DNA from: Mobula hypostoma
Taxonomy: Eukaryota
Reading direction: 5' to 3'
Assembly (NCBI RefSeq): GCF_963921235.1
Contig: NC_086097.1
Span: 249,366,001 to 249,430,000, forward strand
DNA length: 64,000 nucleotides
The position numbers and the translations under genes are program-made. Position 1 is the first letter of the stretch. Every line of letters starts with the position of its first letter. Of this stretch, positions 13,901 to 26,497 are shown one piece after another. The notes below the pieces were generated by a model. The model worked only from the letters and a program-made list of their open reading frames with translations, made no database searches and was not told where the DNA came from.

Positions 13901-15944
13901 GTGGGAGGCGAGGGAGGAGATTGCTGAGTCTCTGGCGACGATCTTTGCATCATCGAGGACGGGAGAGGTTCCGGAGGATTGGAGAGTTGCAGGTGTTGTT
14001 CACATTCAAGAAAGGGAGTAGAGATAGCCCAGGAAATTATAGACCAGTGAGTCTTACTTTAGAGGTTGGTAAGTTGATGGAGAAGATCCTGAAAGGCAGG
14101 ATTTATGAACATTTGGAGAGGCATAATACGATTAGGAACAGTCAGCATGGCTGTGTCAAAGGCAGGTCGTGTCTTACGAGCCTGGTTGAATTTTTTGAAG
14201 ATGTGACTAAGCACACTGGTGAATGTGGAGCAGTAGATGTAGTGTATATGGATTTCAGCAAGGCTTTTGACAAGGTACTCCATGCAAGGCTTGTTGAGAA
14301 AGTAAGGACGCATGGGATGAAAGGGGACATTATTTTCTGGATCCAGAACTGGCTTGGCCACAGAAGGAAAAGAGTGGTTGTAGACGGGTCATATTCTGCA
14401 TGGAGGCCAGTGACCAGTGGTGCGCCTCAGGGATCTGTTCTGGGACCCCTGCTCTTTGTGATTTTTATAAACGACCTGGATGATGAAGTGGAGGGATGGG
14501 TTAGTAAATTTGCTGAAGACACAATGGTTGGGCGTGCTGTGGATAGTGTGGAGGGCTGTCACAGCGGGACATTGACAGGATGCAAAACTGGGCTGAGAAG
14601 CGGCAGATGGAGTTCAAACAAGGCAAGTGTGAGGTGGTTTATTTTGGTAGGTCAAATATGATGACAGAATATAGTATTAATGGCAAGACTCTTGGCAGGG
14701 TGGAGGATCAGAGGGATCTTGAGGCCTGAGTCCATAGGACACTCAAAGCTGCTGCGCAGGTTGACTCTGTGGTTAAAAAAGCATACGATGTATTGGCCTT
14801 CATCAGTCATGAGATTGAGTTTAGGAGCCGGGAGGTAATGTTACAGCCATATACGACCCTGGTCAGACCCCACTTGGAGTACTGTGCTCAGTTCTGGTCG
14901 CCTTACTGTAGGAAGGATGTGGAAACTATAGGAAGGGTGCAGAGGAGATTTACAAGGATGTTGCCTGAATTGGGGAGCATGCGTTATGAGAATAGGTTGA
15001 GTGAACTCAGTCTTTTCTCCTTGGAGAGATAGAGGCTGAGAGGTGACCTGATAGAGGTGTATTAGATGATGAGAGGCATTGATTGTGTGGGTAGTCAGAG
15101 GCTTTTTCCCAGGGCTGCAATGGCGAGCACGAGAGAGCACAGTTTTAAGGTGTTTGGAAGTAGGTACAGAGGAGATGTCAGAGGTAAGTTTTTTTATCCC
15201 CACAGAGAGTGGTAGTGTGTGGAATGGGCTGCCAGTGACAGTGGTGAAGGCAGATATGATAGGGTCTTTTAAGAGAGTCCTGGACAGGTATATGGAGCTC
15301 AGAAAAATAGAGGGCTATGGGTAACCCTATGTAATTTTTAAGGTAAGGACATGTTCAGCACAGTTTTGTGGGCCGAAGGGCCTGTATTGTGCTGTAGGTT
15401 TTCTATGCTTCTGTGTTTCTAAAATCACATGGAAAGCATTCAAGGATGTTGTTGAAAACTTCCTTGGCATCTACACAGCACCAAACTACGTGCAGCTGGT
15501 TAACACCATGCTTCAAGCATACAAAACCATGAAATGCAACACGTCACTAAAGATTCATTTTGCGCATTCCCATTTAGACTTCTTCCCTGCAAGTCTTGGT
15601 GTTGTCAGTGACGAGCACGGTGGAAGGTTTCACCAGGACATTGCCGTCATGGGGGAACTGCATCAGGGCAACTGGAATCCATCAATGCTGGCTGATTATT
15701 GTTGGACACTAAAGCGAGAAGCCGCAGACAGTGAGTACAAATAAAAATCATCAATGAAAAGCTTTAAGCTTAGTTGAAGCTATTGTAAAGTGTCAGCACC
15801 GTAATGCAATTAAATGCATTATATTCAAATAAAAGTTAATTTCTTATCTCTTCAAATTCCTATGTGATACAAGTAGTCTGAAATTATATTTGTATTCAGC
15901 TTTAAGCAAAAAAATTCTGACAAAGCAGCACTTGTTGTCCAGTG
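10991..15944 (+). mobile_element. Chapaev3 (CMC) DNA transposon deletion derivative, split by a CR1
   Basis: TIRs tACTGGACCACAA / TTGTTGTCCAGTG; TTA TSD; transposase motifs GIFVxPQI at about 11175 and SLKIHFAHSHLDFFP..SDEHGGRFHQDI..MLADYCW at 15490-15744. Confidence 0.85.
11250..15420 (+). mobile_element. Near full-length CR1 LINE (ORF1 zinc finger + SGNH esterase; ORF2 EN + RT, disrupted)
   Basis: YICARC; CLPGARVRDV..HIGTN; YFNARSI; KSPGPD; QGSVLGPLLF; short microsatellite-like tail (tttctatg...). Confidence 0.93.
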
Positions 15945-16251
15945 TTATCAACACTTCGCCAAATGCAGACTTGACACTTCATTATCTCAATTTTGTCCAA
16001 GTTTATGGAAGAAATTTGCACCGAGAGCTTGTTTTGTTTAACTCCTTAAGCCATTTGCCAAGAAATGAAGTCTGCAAGTAAGAGCTCCATGAAAATTGTG
16101 GATCTTAGCAGTTTTATCACCACCCCATCCTGATACTAGTTTGTGCTTTTGGCTTGGTACTGCAGCAACCTTCACTCAGATCCCTCCACAGTCAGTCTTC
16201 CACTTCCATTAACCTTAGATCCATATACAATTAATGGCCACTTCATTAGGT

Positions 16252-19200
16252 CATTATCATCAGGTGCCGTGCCCAGTTTCAGCTTTAACTGCCATGGCCC
16301 ACACACTCCTGTTTTGGGTGGATCGATTCATTAGTATTCATTTCCAGTTCTCTGGCTGCTGTCTCCATCATCATTTGTCTTTGTCTTCCTCTTGCTTTCT
16401 TCCCTTCAATCTTTCCCATAATTACCATGCATTCTAACTCCTCTTTCCTAATCACATGTCCAATGAAGTTACGTTGCCTCTTCATGATCTCATACATTAT
16501 TTCTCTTTTTGTGTTTGCTCTGTTCATGACGACCTCGTTAGATATTCGTTTCGTCCATGATATTCTTTGCATCTTCCTCAAAAACTACATCTCTGCTGCT
16601 ACAATTTGTTTCCTCATGTTACTAGATCTTGTCCAACATTCTGAGCCATATAACATAACTGGATAAACGTAACATTTCAGTACTCTGAGATGGGTTGTCA
16701 TGCCTAGTTTAGTATTGGTCAGTATACTCTTCATTCTCGTGAAGGTGTCTTTTGCCATCCCTATTCTTCTTTTGATGTCCAAGTCGCACCTGCCATCTGA
16801 TGTCACCCAGCTTCCTAAGTATCAAAAGTTCTTCACTTGTTTTATGTCTTCCCTATTTATTCTCAGCCTGTAGATAGGATTCTTCTTCTTTTTGGATATC
16901 ACCATACATTCTGTCTTTTTGCAGTTGATAAATAGACCCATTTTTGCACTTTCTTCAACAACTATATCAATTAAGTTTTGTAGTTCTTCCTCCGTACTTG
17001 CAATTAACACAGTGTCATCTGCATATCTGAAATTATTGTTTTCACCGCCAACTTTGATTCCCAAGATGTCTCTTATTTTTTGTAATATTGTTTCACTGTA
17101 CACATTAAATAAATCGGGAGAAAACACACCCTTGTCTAACATCTCTCTTGATTTTCGTAAACTGACTCACTTCTCCATCTATTCTTACAGCGGTAGTTTG
17201 TTCCCAGTACAGATTTTTGATTGGGCGGAGATCTTTCGAATCTAGATCTAGAGTTTTCTGTAATATTTCAAATAACTTATTGTGCTTCACTTTATCAAAT
17301 GCTTTTGTGTACTCGATAAAACAAACAAATCTTTTTGCACTTGAATAGCTCGTTCTGATAGTATCCTTAACATCAATATTACATTTTTTGTCTTTTGTCT
17401 TTCACAAAACCACATTGTTCTTTGCCTATTTCAACTTGTATCTTACTTTTAGCTTTAGTCATCAAAATTCTTAGAAGTATCTTGGTGATATGACTCATTA
17501 AACTTATGGTCCTATGTAATTCACATTCTATTGCTCCAGCTTTCTTAGGAAGAGTGATAAATATTGATTTTTTTCATCTCTTCTGGTATTATTCCAGTCT
17601 CATAAATGTCATTGACTACATCAGGAAGTTTTTCAATTCCATAATCTTCAAGGGCAATAATTTGTTCTATTACTAATTCATCAGGACCTGCTGCCTTTCC
17701 TTTCTTCATCTTATTTATTGCATTATGAATTTCAGATTTTAAAATACTTGGACCTTCAATGTTTTTCTTAATTTCTGGTTTTTCGCCTCGATCGTCTTCA
17801 AACAATTCCTGAATATACTCAGTCCATCTGTTCATAATCTCTTTTTCCATGATAATGGTACCGTCCTTTGCTTTCAAACATCCACCTGAAGAACAGAGGA
17901 GCTTTTTAACAGTGGTATTCTTGATTTGTTGATGTAACCTTTTTGGATCAGTAACAGGGATTCTTTCTATTTGCTCACATTCCTGGTTTAACCATTCTTC
18001 TTTGGCTTTTTGACATAAGCTTTTAACTTTTTTATCTCAGGACTTATATTCTATAGGATTTGCTTTCTTCCGTCTCCTTTATTCCATTAGATTTTTGATT
18101 TAATCTGTCATCCATTTATTCTTTGTGCTTTTTTCTTTTTTAGGAATCACTGACTTTGCTGATTCTACCAAAGTATCCTTTAGAGAGTTAAATTTCATTT
18201 CTACATGATTGCTATCATCTAACAGATTCTATTTCTAGACTTTGAAATCTATTCCTTACTTCAATTGTAAATTTTTGTCTGAAGTTTTCTTCTTTAATTA
18301 ATTGCAAGTAGTCAAGGAATTGTTCAGGTATTTGCTTCTTTAGTTTTTTAAGTTTTACTTCTACATGACATACTACTGGGTTATGGTCACTATTACAGTC
18401 TGCACTTGGATATATTTTGCATTGAGTCACTGAGTTTCTAAACCTTTGGTTTATAGTAATAAAGTCAATTTGATTTCCAGTGTTATCACCTGGACTTCTC
18501 CAGGTCCACGAGCGTCTTGGATGGTTTTTAAAGTAGGTATTCATAATGACCTGATTATTCATCTTGCACCATTCTACCCATTTCTCACCTCTTTCATTTC
18601 TTTCCCCAGTCCAAATTTTCCTATGGTATTTCCATCAGCACCTTGTCCTACTTTAGCATTTAGATCTCCCATGACAATAACAATATCTTGAGATTTGCAT
18701 CCATTCTTTGCTTGTTCAAGCTCTTCATAGAATTTATCTATATCTTCATTTGTTCCATCTGTTGTCGGTGCATATACCTGTATGATTGCTAAATCAAATG
18801 GTTGTCCTCTGAATCTAACAAGGAGCACTCTTTCTGATATTGCCCAATGTCCTAAAACACTTTTTGCCATGTTTTCATCCATAAGAATTCCTACTCATTA
18901 GTATGGGATGTTCCACAAGAATAAACTAGTGTTTTATTTCTAATCTGACATGTTCCAGCACCTATCCAACGAACTTCGCTAATTCCCATGATATTAATCT
19001 TTTGTCTTTCCATTTCATTTATCACAAGGTCCAATTTTCCTGCTTGATATAGGGTTCTTACATTCCAAGTGGCAATAATTTTCTTCTGTGTTACTTTAAT
19101 TTTACGAGCAGTAGCTTGATGATGGTTGGGGATCCCCTGCTGGCCAGAATCAACCCTACCGAGCGAAACACCTTGAGTTGTCTCAAAGATCCTCTTGACG

Positions 19201-19579
19201 CTGTTGTTGTGTGATACATTTTGTGAGTTTGACTGTGGTTTCCTTAGCAAATTGCAATGGTGGCTTGCTATTGCCTACCGTTGGGCGAACTAAAGAAATC
19301 GCCATTTCTCTTCCCAAATGTTCATCCACCTGTACTATAGCCGTTGACATTTGAGGTCCCAGCTCATCCACCTTCTCCGTCATAAGTTCAGCTACTGAAC
19401 CTGCCGGATCTGCCGTTGGCCTTCGCTCGTATCCTGAGCAGGTGCTACCGTTCCAAGTCAGAGCGGCCCTGGGAACAATGAATGACTACGGGTAACACCA
19501 CTTTCCCCAAAGCTCTGAAAGTCCCCAGTCAGAGCCTCATCACCGGTTGCAGTTTAGAGTTATACCCAGGACTGACTAT
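16252..19579 (-). mobile_element. Full-length RTE-clade LINE (EN + RT, frameshifted)
   Basis: IATWNVRTL, GISEVRW, IIQVYAPT, MGDLNAKVG, QIDFI, SDH, VRQGC, FRYADD; (ATG)n-like tail; 7-bp TSD ATTAGGT at 16245-16251 and 19580-19586. Confidence 0.93.
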
Positions 19580-19759
19580 ATTAGGTACATTAGCTCATTA
19601 GTGCAAATATCTAATCAAGTTGATCACGTTGCTTCAGGATGGTGACTTTGACAGTCGAATGATTGTTGGTGCCAGGCGGGCTGGTTTGAATATCTCAGTA
19701 GCTGCTGATCTCCTAGGATTTTCACACATAACAGTCTCTGGAGTTTACAGATCATGATG

Positions 19760-21111
19760 TGTAATGCCCTAGTTAAGATCTCTACTGCTAATGCTGTGGG
19801 GTAGTTCACTTAGTAGCTTTTAGTAAAAGCTGAGTGTCCTGCTGGCAGAATATTTTGGTTTTGGCTAAAGCAGGGGTCCCCAACCTTTTATGCACCGCGG
19901 ACTGGTTTAATATTGACAATATCCTTGCGGACCGGCCGACCCGGGGGGGGGGGTGGGGTGGTGGGGGGGGGGTGTGTTCAAGTAGGGTTGCCAACTTTCT
20001 CACTCCTAAATAAGGGACAAAAGTAACAGTCAAATACAGGACACTTGTGTTTACCCTGAGAAAGACTACCAATACGCCTTGCGCGGGCACCTGTGTGCGC
20101 ATGCATGTACGTGCCGATTTTTTTCCCCTACAAATCGGTTTTGGCTTAAGCTTTCTGATTCTGTTCAGTGAAACTACACTGTGCATACATTATTTCTACT
20201 TTATATAGGCTGTGTATTTATCATATCATTCCTGCTTTTACTATATGTTAGTGTTATTTTAGGTTTTATGTGTTATTTAGTATGATTTGGTAGGTTATTT
20301 CAAGTTCAACAGTGCGTGACAGGGAATGAGGAAAGGTGCAGCTGACTCGTATCGTTTCATATTGCCAAATCATATCGTTTCCTCGCGGCCCGGTAGCACG
20401 TTTTGCGGCCCGGTGGTTGGGGACCACTGGGCTAAAGATAAGGGGCTACGATGTTCAATTTAGGAATGCTGTGTCAGCCAATCAGGATGGTGGAATTGGG
20501 AGAATATTCTAGAAAGAGGTGGGCGGAGAGAGATTTTGTGATGGACACTCGTGGGGTCTGTGGTCTTTTTGGCAGGGGACACAAAGAAGATCGGGAGAGA
20601 CGGCCGTAGGATTTGATCCGACAGAAAGACACAGTTGCAAGGAGTGCTTTGCGAGATGGAGTCCAAGATGGGAAGTTGTACCGGTGATTGGTGATGAGAA
20701 CTCAGCACCGTGAGAAATGGTCATACCCAGCTTTTGGACGATACAAACTCCAACGCATGTGCACATTTAGACTGATTTAATTGTAATGGGCCCTTTTATA
20801 CTTTTCTTTTTGTTCTCTTATTAACTGTTTGATAAAGCTGAAATTAGCAAATATATTTTCTTTCTCATTGTATGCAGTGTACGATCTGTTATACCTTGCT
20901 GACTGATAATCGTGTATGGGGAGTATTTACACAGCATTCATTCAAATCAGTGTTCTGTTAATCAGAATATCACAACGTTCCTGCTTGGTTGAACCCCAGA
21001 CCATACCGCCCCTAGAAGTATATTGTTTACGAAAGGGCGCTGAGTCATATGGCTGTTAACAGAGCTGGCTAATGAGCCAAGTTTGCATATGAGCCCAGTG
21101 AGTGGGCTACG
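19760..21111. mobile_element. Putative solo LTR (Gypsy-like termini)
   Basis: Starts TGTAATGCCC and ends GGGCTAC(G); cleanly interrupts the Tc1 host; the TSD is degenerate. Confidence 0.6.
19871..20429. mobile_element. hAT/Charlie-type MITE (composite)
   Basis: TIRs CAGGGGTCCCCAACC / GGTTGGGGACCACTG; perfect 8-bp TSD GGCTAAAG. Confidence 0.9.
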
Positions 21112-22803
21112 GGTACCAAAAGCAAAAAACATTCAACGAGCAGCAGTTCTGTGGGTGAAAATGGCATACTAATGAGAGGGGCCAGAGGAGAATGACCCAA
21201 CTAGTTGAAGCTGACAGAATCAGAATTAAAATCACCAGTTATCAAGAAATTTAATTTAGCAGCAGCAGTAAAATGCAATATAGAAAAATAAATCAATTAC
21301 AGTAACCCTGTGTATTAAATAGTTAAATTATAAATAGTGCAAAAACAAATAATATGAAAAAGACTGGAAGGTGACAGTAACTCAAAAGACCACTCATTGT
21401 AACAGTGGTGTGCAGGAGAGCATCTCTGAATGCACAACACATCAAACATTGAAGTGTATGGGATACAGCATCAGTAGACCACACCGAGTTTCACTCCTGC
21501 ACCTAATAAATGAGTCATTGAGTGTATATTCCTTCTGCTTCATGCTTTCTTAAAGAAAAGAGAAACTCCCCACCAAAGCCTCAATACCAAATGCAGATAA
21601 AAGGTCAAAAAAGCAAAGTTTTTTGTTTAAACTGCATGGGTGGTAATCAGATATCTGGCAAAGAATCATCAATTTATTTATCTGGAGGTACTTATATTTT
21701 AACGTGTAAACAAGTTATTTATACTAAGGAATGCTTACTACTCACTGCAAACTACTATTCCATCACAAGTCTTCATACTCAGAGTTGTTAAGATCGAAAA
21801 TGCAAACGCACCAAGGTTTAAAGCAATATGAATAGCTTATAAAGAGCTCTTTAACTACACATCCCTAAAAGGATTTTGGCACTGTTAGAAAATTACTAAA
21901 TGACAGAAAACAAATGCTCTGACCTTTGGTTTGACTGGAGAAGTATACCGGAGTTTTAGAATTATTACTTTTACCACTCTGAAATATATACTGTATCTTA
22001 TCTTTACAAAGGTGGATTTGCAAATAGGATTTGCCTCTTATGGTTTTAGTTTAACTTGATTCTGTAGTATCCCCTGCTGATGTGTTTTTCCTTTTACTGG
22101 GTAGAGTTTGTTTGGTAGTATGGTGCAGAATAGCGCGTGTTACTTTTTTTCATGATTTATAAGACCACAAGATATAGGATCAGAATTAGGTCATTTGGCT
22201 CATCGAGTCTGCTCTGCCATTTCATCATGGCTGATCCATTTATCTCTCAGCTCCAATCTCCTACCTTCTGCCTTTAAGCCTCGACTAAGCATGAAATATT
22301 GAAAGTAAGAATTCAGGGTTGTGTGGTGCAGAGGGTTCTGCTGAATCTTGACAGTGCTTTGACAATATCCCTTCCGTGACTGATGGAATTCAACAAACCT
22401 AGCATCTCTTTCATAGCCAGAGATGACTAGCACTGGTCTTTGGAATTGCAGAACTATTACCTGCTTAACAATGCACACTACAAATGAGAAACCTTTGATT
22501 TCAACCCTTTCTTTTAATCAGAGCCTAGATCTTAAGATCAAAATTTTAAATTCAGATGGATACTTGCTTGATTCATAAATTTGCTCATACCATCAACTTT
22601 CTCCAGGGATGCTATTGACGTAGCATCGACAGATACTTTAGTCAGTAAAACAATTTACTGACATTACAAGGTAGGTGCATGGCAAATACAATTTTTAATT
22701 GATTAACACAAAATGCTATATCCCCTCCAACTCTTCTTGCTAACAGTATTTTATCAGATACAATAAAGCAAAACAAAATTTGAATTCATGAGGGTGTATA
22801 TTA

Positions 22804-23007
<204 letters not shown>

Positions 23008-23080
23008 TTAATTTTGTTTTTAAACTATATGATTGGGTAAGGAATGCTTGTTTCCTTTCTTGACTATCCTTACTGAAATA

Positions 23081-23951
23081 CAGTGGATTACTGTTCATTG
23101 GGACACATTGGGACCAAGGCATTTTGGCTCAATTAAGTTGCTGCCCCAATTTCAAGGACATAGTTAAAAAGGTATATATAAAAAACTACCATTTAACTAA
23201 GTAACAAATTATGTATTTAAATGAAATACACAACATTATCAATACTACTGCAGTACCAAAATGCTGTGTATTAGTTCCTAATAGTTATTGATGGATGAAT
23301 TCATTCAGAGTACGCTGCTGCCTTCATTTGATGGACTGTAAATGAACAAAATCAGCGCAGACACGTAGTGCAGATAATGGACTCACAAACAAGAGAGAAT
23401 CTGCAGATGCTGGAAACTGAAGTAATACACACAAAATGCTGCCTAGCCTGCTGAGTTCCTCCAGCATTTTGTGTGTATTTAATGGACTGCCTTCATATCG
23501 ACGATTCCATCCTGCAAATCTTCATTTTCATTGTAACATTCAAGATGACTGTTGACATTTTCAAATTCTTCGTAGTTCCTAACTTAAAGTAATGAAATCA
23601 TTTTCATCCCAGTCGTTAATGGCATCCCCGTCTGAATGCTTGAAACCGCAATGAGCCAAACAGTTCTGAATTGCCTTACTGCTTATTTCTCGTCAAACTA
23701 CCAGTGCCAAAAATCATTGCTTTTTGAACACAAAAACACGCAACTGACGTTATTTAAAAACTTTACTCTAAGCATGGTGTAGTGTCCAATGGCCACATGA
23801 CGTGTACTCGACTGACACTAGTTAGAAACTGTTCCACGTCTCCTGCCCTAATCAAGCGGCACAGGGTCTCAAGGGAATCCTGGCTATTTTCTCAATTAGC
23901 TTTTGCTCTTTAAGGGTCGTCCCAGCCTTCCCAATCAACTGGAATCCACTG
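23081..23951. mobile_element. Tigger/pogo-like non-autonomous element containing a Penelope fragment (23385-23480)
   Basis: ta|CAGTGGATT ... AATCCACTG|ta; an inverted related copy lies at 60601-61386. Confidence 0.75.
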
Positions 23952-24958
23952 TATTTGACAGGTGACCAGAACACTATTGAACTTACTGACATAGTCCTAC
24001 TGCATAATGCTTTATAGCTTTTCTTAAATTTTTTTTTGGCTGTGTTTTCTAACATTCTATTCTAGGATACATGTGTTCTACATGTAGGCATACAGGAGAA
24101 AGTTTCTCCAATGCCTTTGTTCACTTGCAGACTTTGTTTTAAATTCCCAATGACATAGGTCGTTAAACTATTTACGGTTCTAGCTTTATTAATTTCTTTG
24201 AGATACCCTTCTGATTTGATTTTGCCCACAAGACCCTGCAACATGAAGCATGGAAGCCTTAATGTAAACAATCGTCTGCTAGGTGTTTTTCCTGTACTGT
24301 CTGCATTGCTGCATTTGGTTTGACAGTGGATAACATGCCAAAAACCGTTTATGTAAGCTTTTCCAGTGAGATGGTTTTGGATATTCCTGTCAGCCAAAAT
24401 ATTTTTTGGAAGTTGGTGTACTAAACTCAGACAGTTTTGCAAACATTCAAGATGTATGTTTGGTCACTTTGTAATGAAAGGCATAGCCTTTTAGATAGTT
24501 ATAAGGATTTCGTGCCTCTTCAGGATAACAAATATTTTGTTTTTCCCCAATATACCATTATGGTAACTCTTTACAACTAAAACACCAAGGACAAATTATC
24601 AATGTAAATTTAAAAAATATATTTATTCAGTTCTGGATTTTTAAAGCTATTGGCGCTTTCCCCCCTTTTGCTAAATGTAAAATTATTCTCTCTTCTTACT
24701 CAGGTTTCCTGTTCCACAAGCCATTTCAGAAGCAAAGGTTTAAACAAAATACTTGAATATGCAAGAGGGCCAGTTTTCTCACATTTGTCACATGCCCAAG
24801 CTGCGAACACTGACAACCACAGCCCAATGAGGAGAAATATTACTAGTAACCTTCAAATGAAAAGTGCACCCAGCCATCTTGCCAACAAACAATTTGAAGT
24901 ATTCACTTATAGCTTTGATCAAATTGATTACATGTGGCTGGAGATTTGAGTTATTTTA

Positions 24959-25063
<105 letters not shown>

Positions 25064-26497
25064 CTAGGAATGAAGAAAATGAAACAATCACTATTATATC
25101 ATTAAAATTAGGGCTTCTGAGAGATGACAAGTACTAGTCCCAAGCTGACCACAGATTTAATTGCACAGTTTCCTAGGAGCTTAATAGCTAATATAAGGGA
25201 GCATAACTTTAAGGTGTTGGGAGGCAAGCATAGGGGGAATGTCAGAAGGGAGGTTTTTTTTTTACATAGAGAGTGGCTTCTGTGTGGAACACACTGTCAG
25301 GGGTGGTATTTGAGGAAGACACATTAGGGACTTTTAAAAGGCTTATGCACATGGATGATAGGAAAATGGAGGGTTAGATTAATCTTAGACTAGGTTAAAG
25401 GTTGGGCACAACATCATAGCCAGAAGGACCTATATTATTCTGCACAGAATAGCAATATACCTCAATGTTCGAATGAATAATGCCATTCCTTTATAACTTA
25501 AAGATGTAATTTCAAATTCTGATATTTAAACTTCTATGTTCTTCCTCTTCGATTACATCTTTTAGTTCAGTAACACATATCTCCATGCTCCACCAAACCT
25601 GAGCTTACTGATACCCCTTAACTTTCATGATCCAAATAGACTCATTATTGAATAGATTGGATGAATCAGCAATAGGTATAATCAATGAGAATGTTTTTTC
25701 CCGTTAAATGCTACAAGATGAGGGGAAACCAAAAAATAGATTTAGGTGGAGAGCAGTGAGAGTCATGATTATGAAGGTCTGGGTCTATACTTGCTGGAGT
25801 TTAGAATTGGGTGGATGGGGGTGGGGGAGAGAAGAATCTCATTGAAAGTCATCAAATATTGAAAGCTCTGGATAAAATGTATGTGGGGAGGATGGTTCCA
25901 ATAGTGGAGGAGCCTTGAACCAGAAGGAACAGCCTCACATGAAAGGGTATCCTTTCAGAAGAGATGAGGAGGAATTTCTTTAGCCAGAGGGTGGTGAATC
26001 TGTGGACTTCATTGCCACAGAGAACTGTGGAGGCCAAGTCATTCAGTGTACTTAAAGCAGAGGTTGATAGGTTCTTGATTAGTAAAGGCATCAAAGGTTA
26101 CAGGGAGAATAGGGTTGAGAGGGAAAGTAAATTAGCAATGATCGAGTGGTGTAACATACTTTATGGGCTGAACGAACTAATTTAGCTCCTTTGTTTTATT
26201 GCCTTACTGGATTTGGTCATCAATTCAAAAGTAATTTTCAGGGCAATGTGAATGATGCTTTAAGCCTAGATTATACATAGATCCAGCTGAACCTGCAGAT
26301 TCAGCATGGAAATGGTTATCACCAGGCCTAAGTTGTGCCAAACGTGGCAGTACCCTAAGCCAGTGTCCAAGGAATCACACCAAACCCCAGGATTGAGCAC
26401 CAGAATTAGAGCCCACACCCAGAAATTGGATCTTTGCTATATCTTGCCCTTGTTCTGTTGTTCTCTCATCTTCACTCCTCCTCCTCTACCCCTTACA

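Larger units (their letters stand above)
16229..21523 (+). mobile_element. Tc1-like element hosting RTE, LTR and MITE insertions
   Basis: Pieces at 16229-16251, 19580-19759, 21112-21220 and 21363-21523 are colinear with the copies at 9880-10418 and 36410-36820. Confidence 0.75.
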
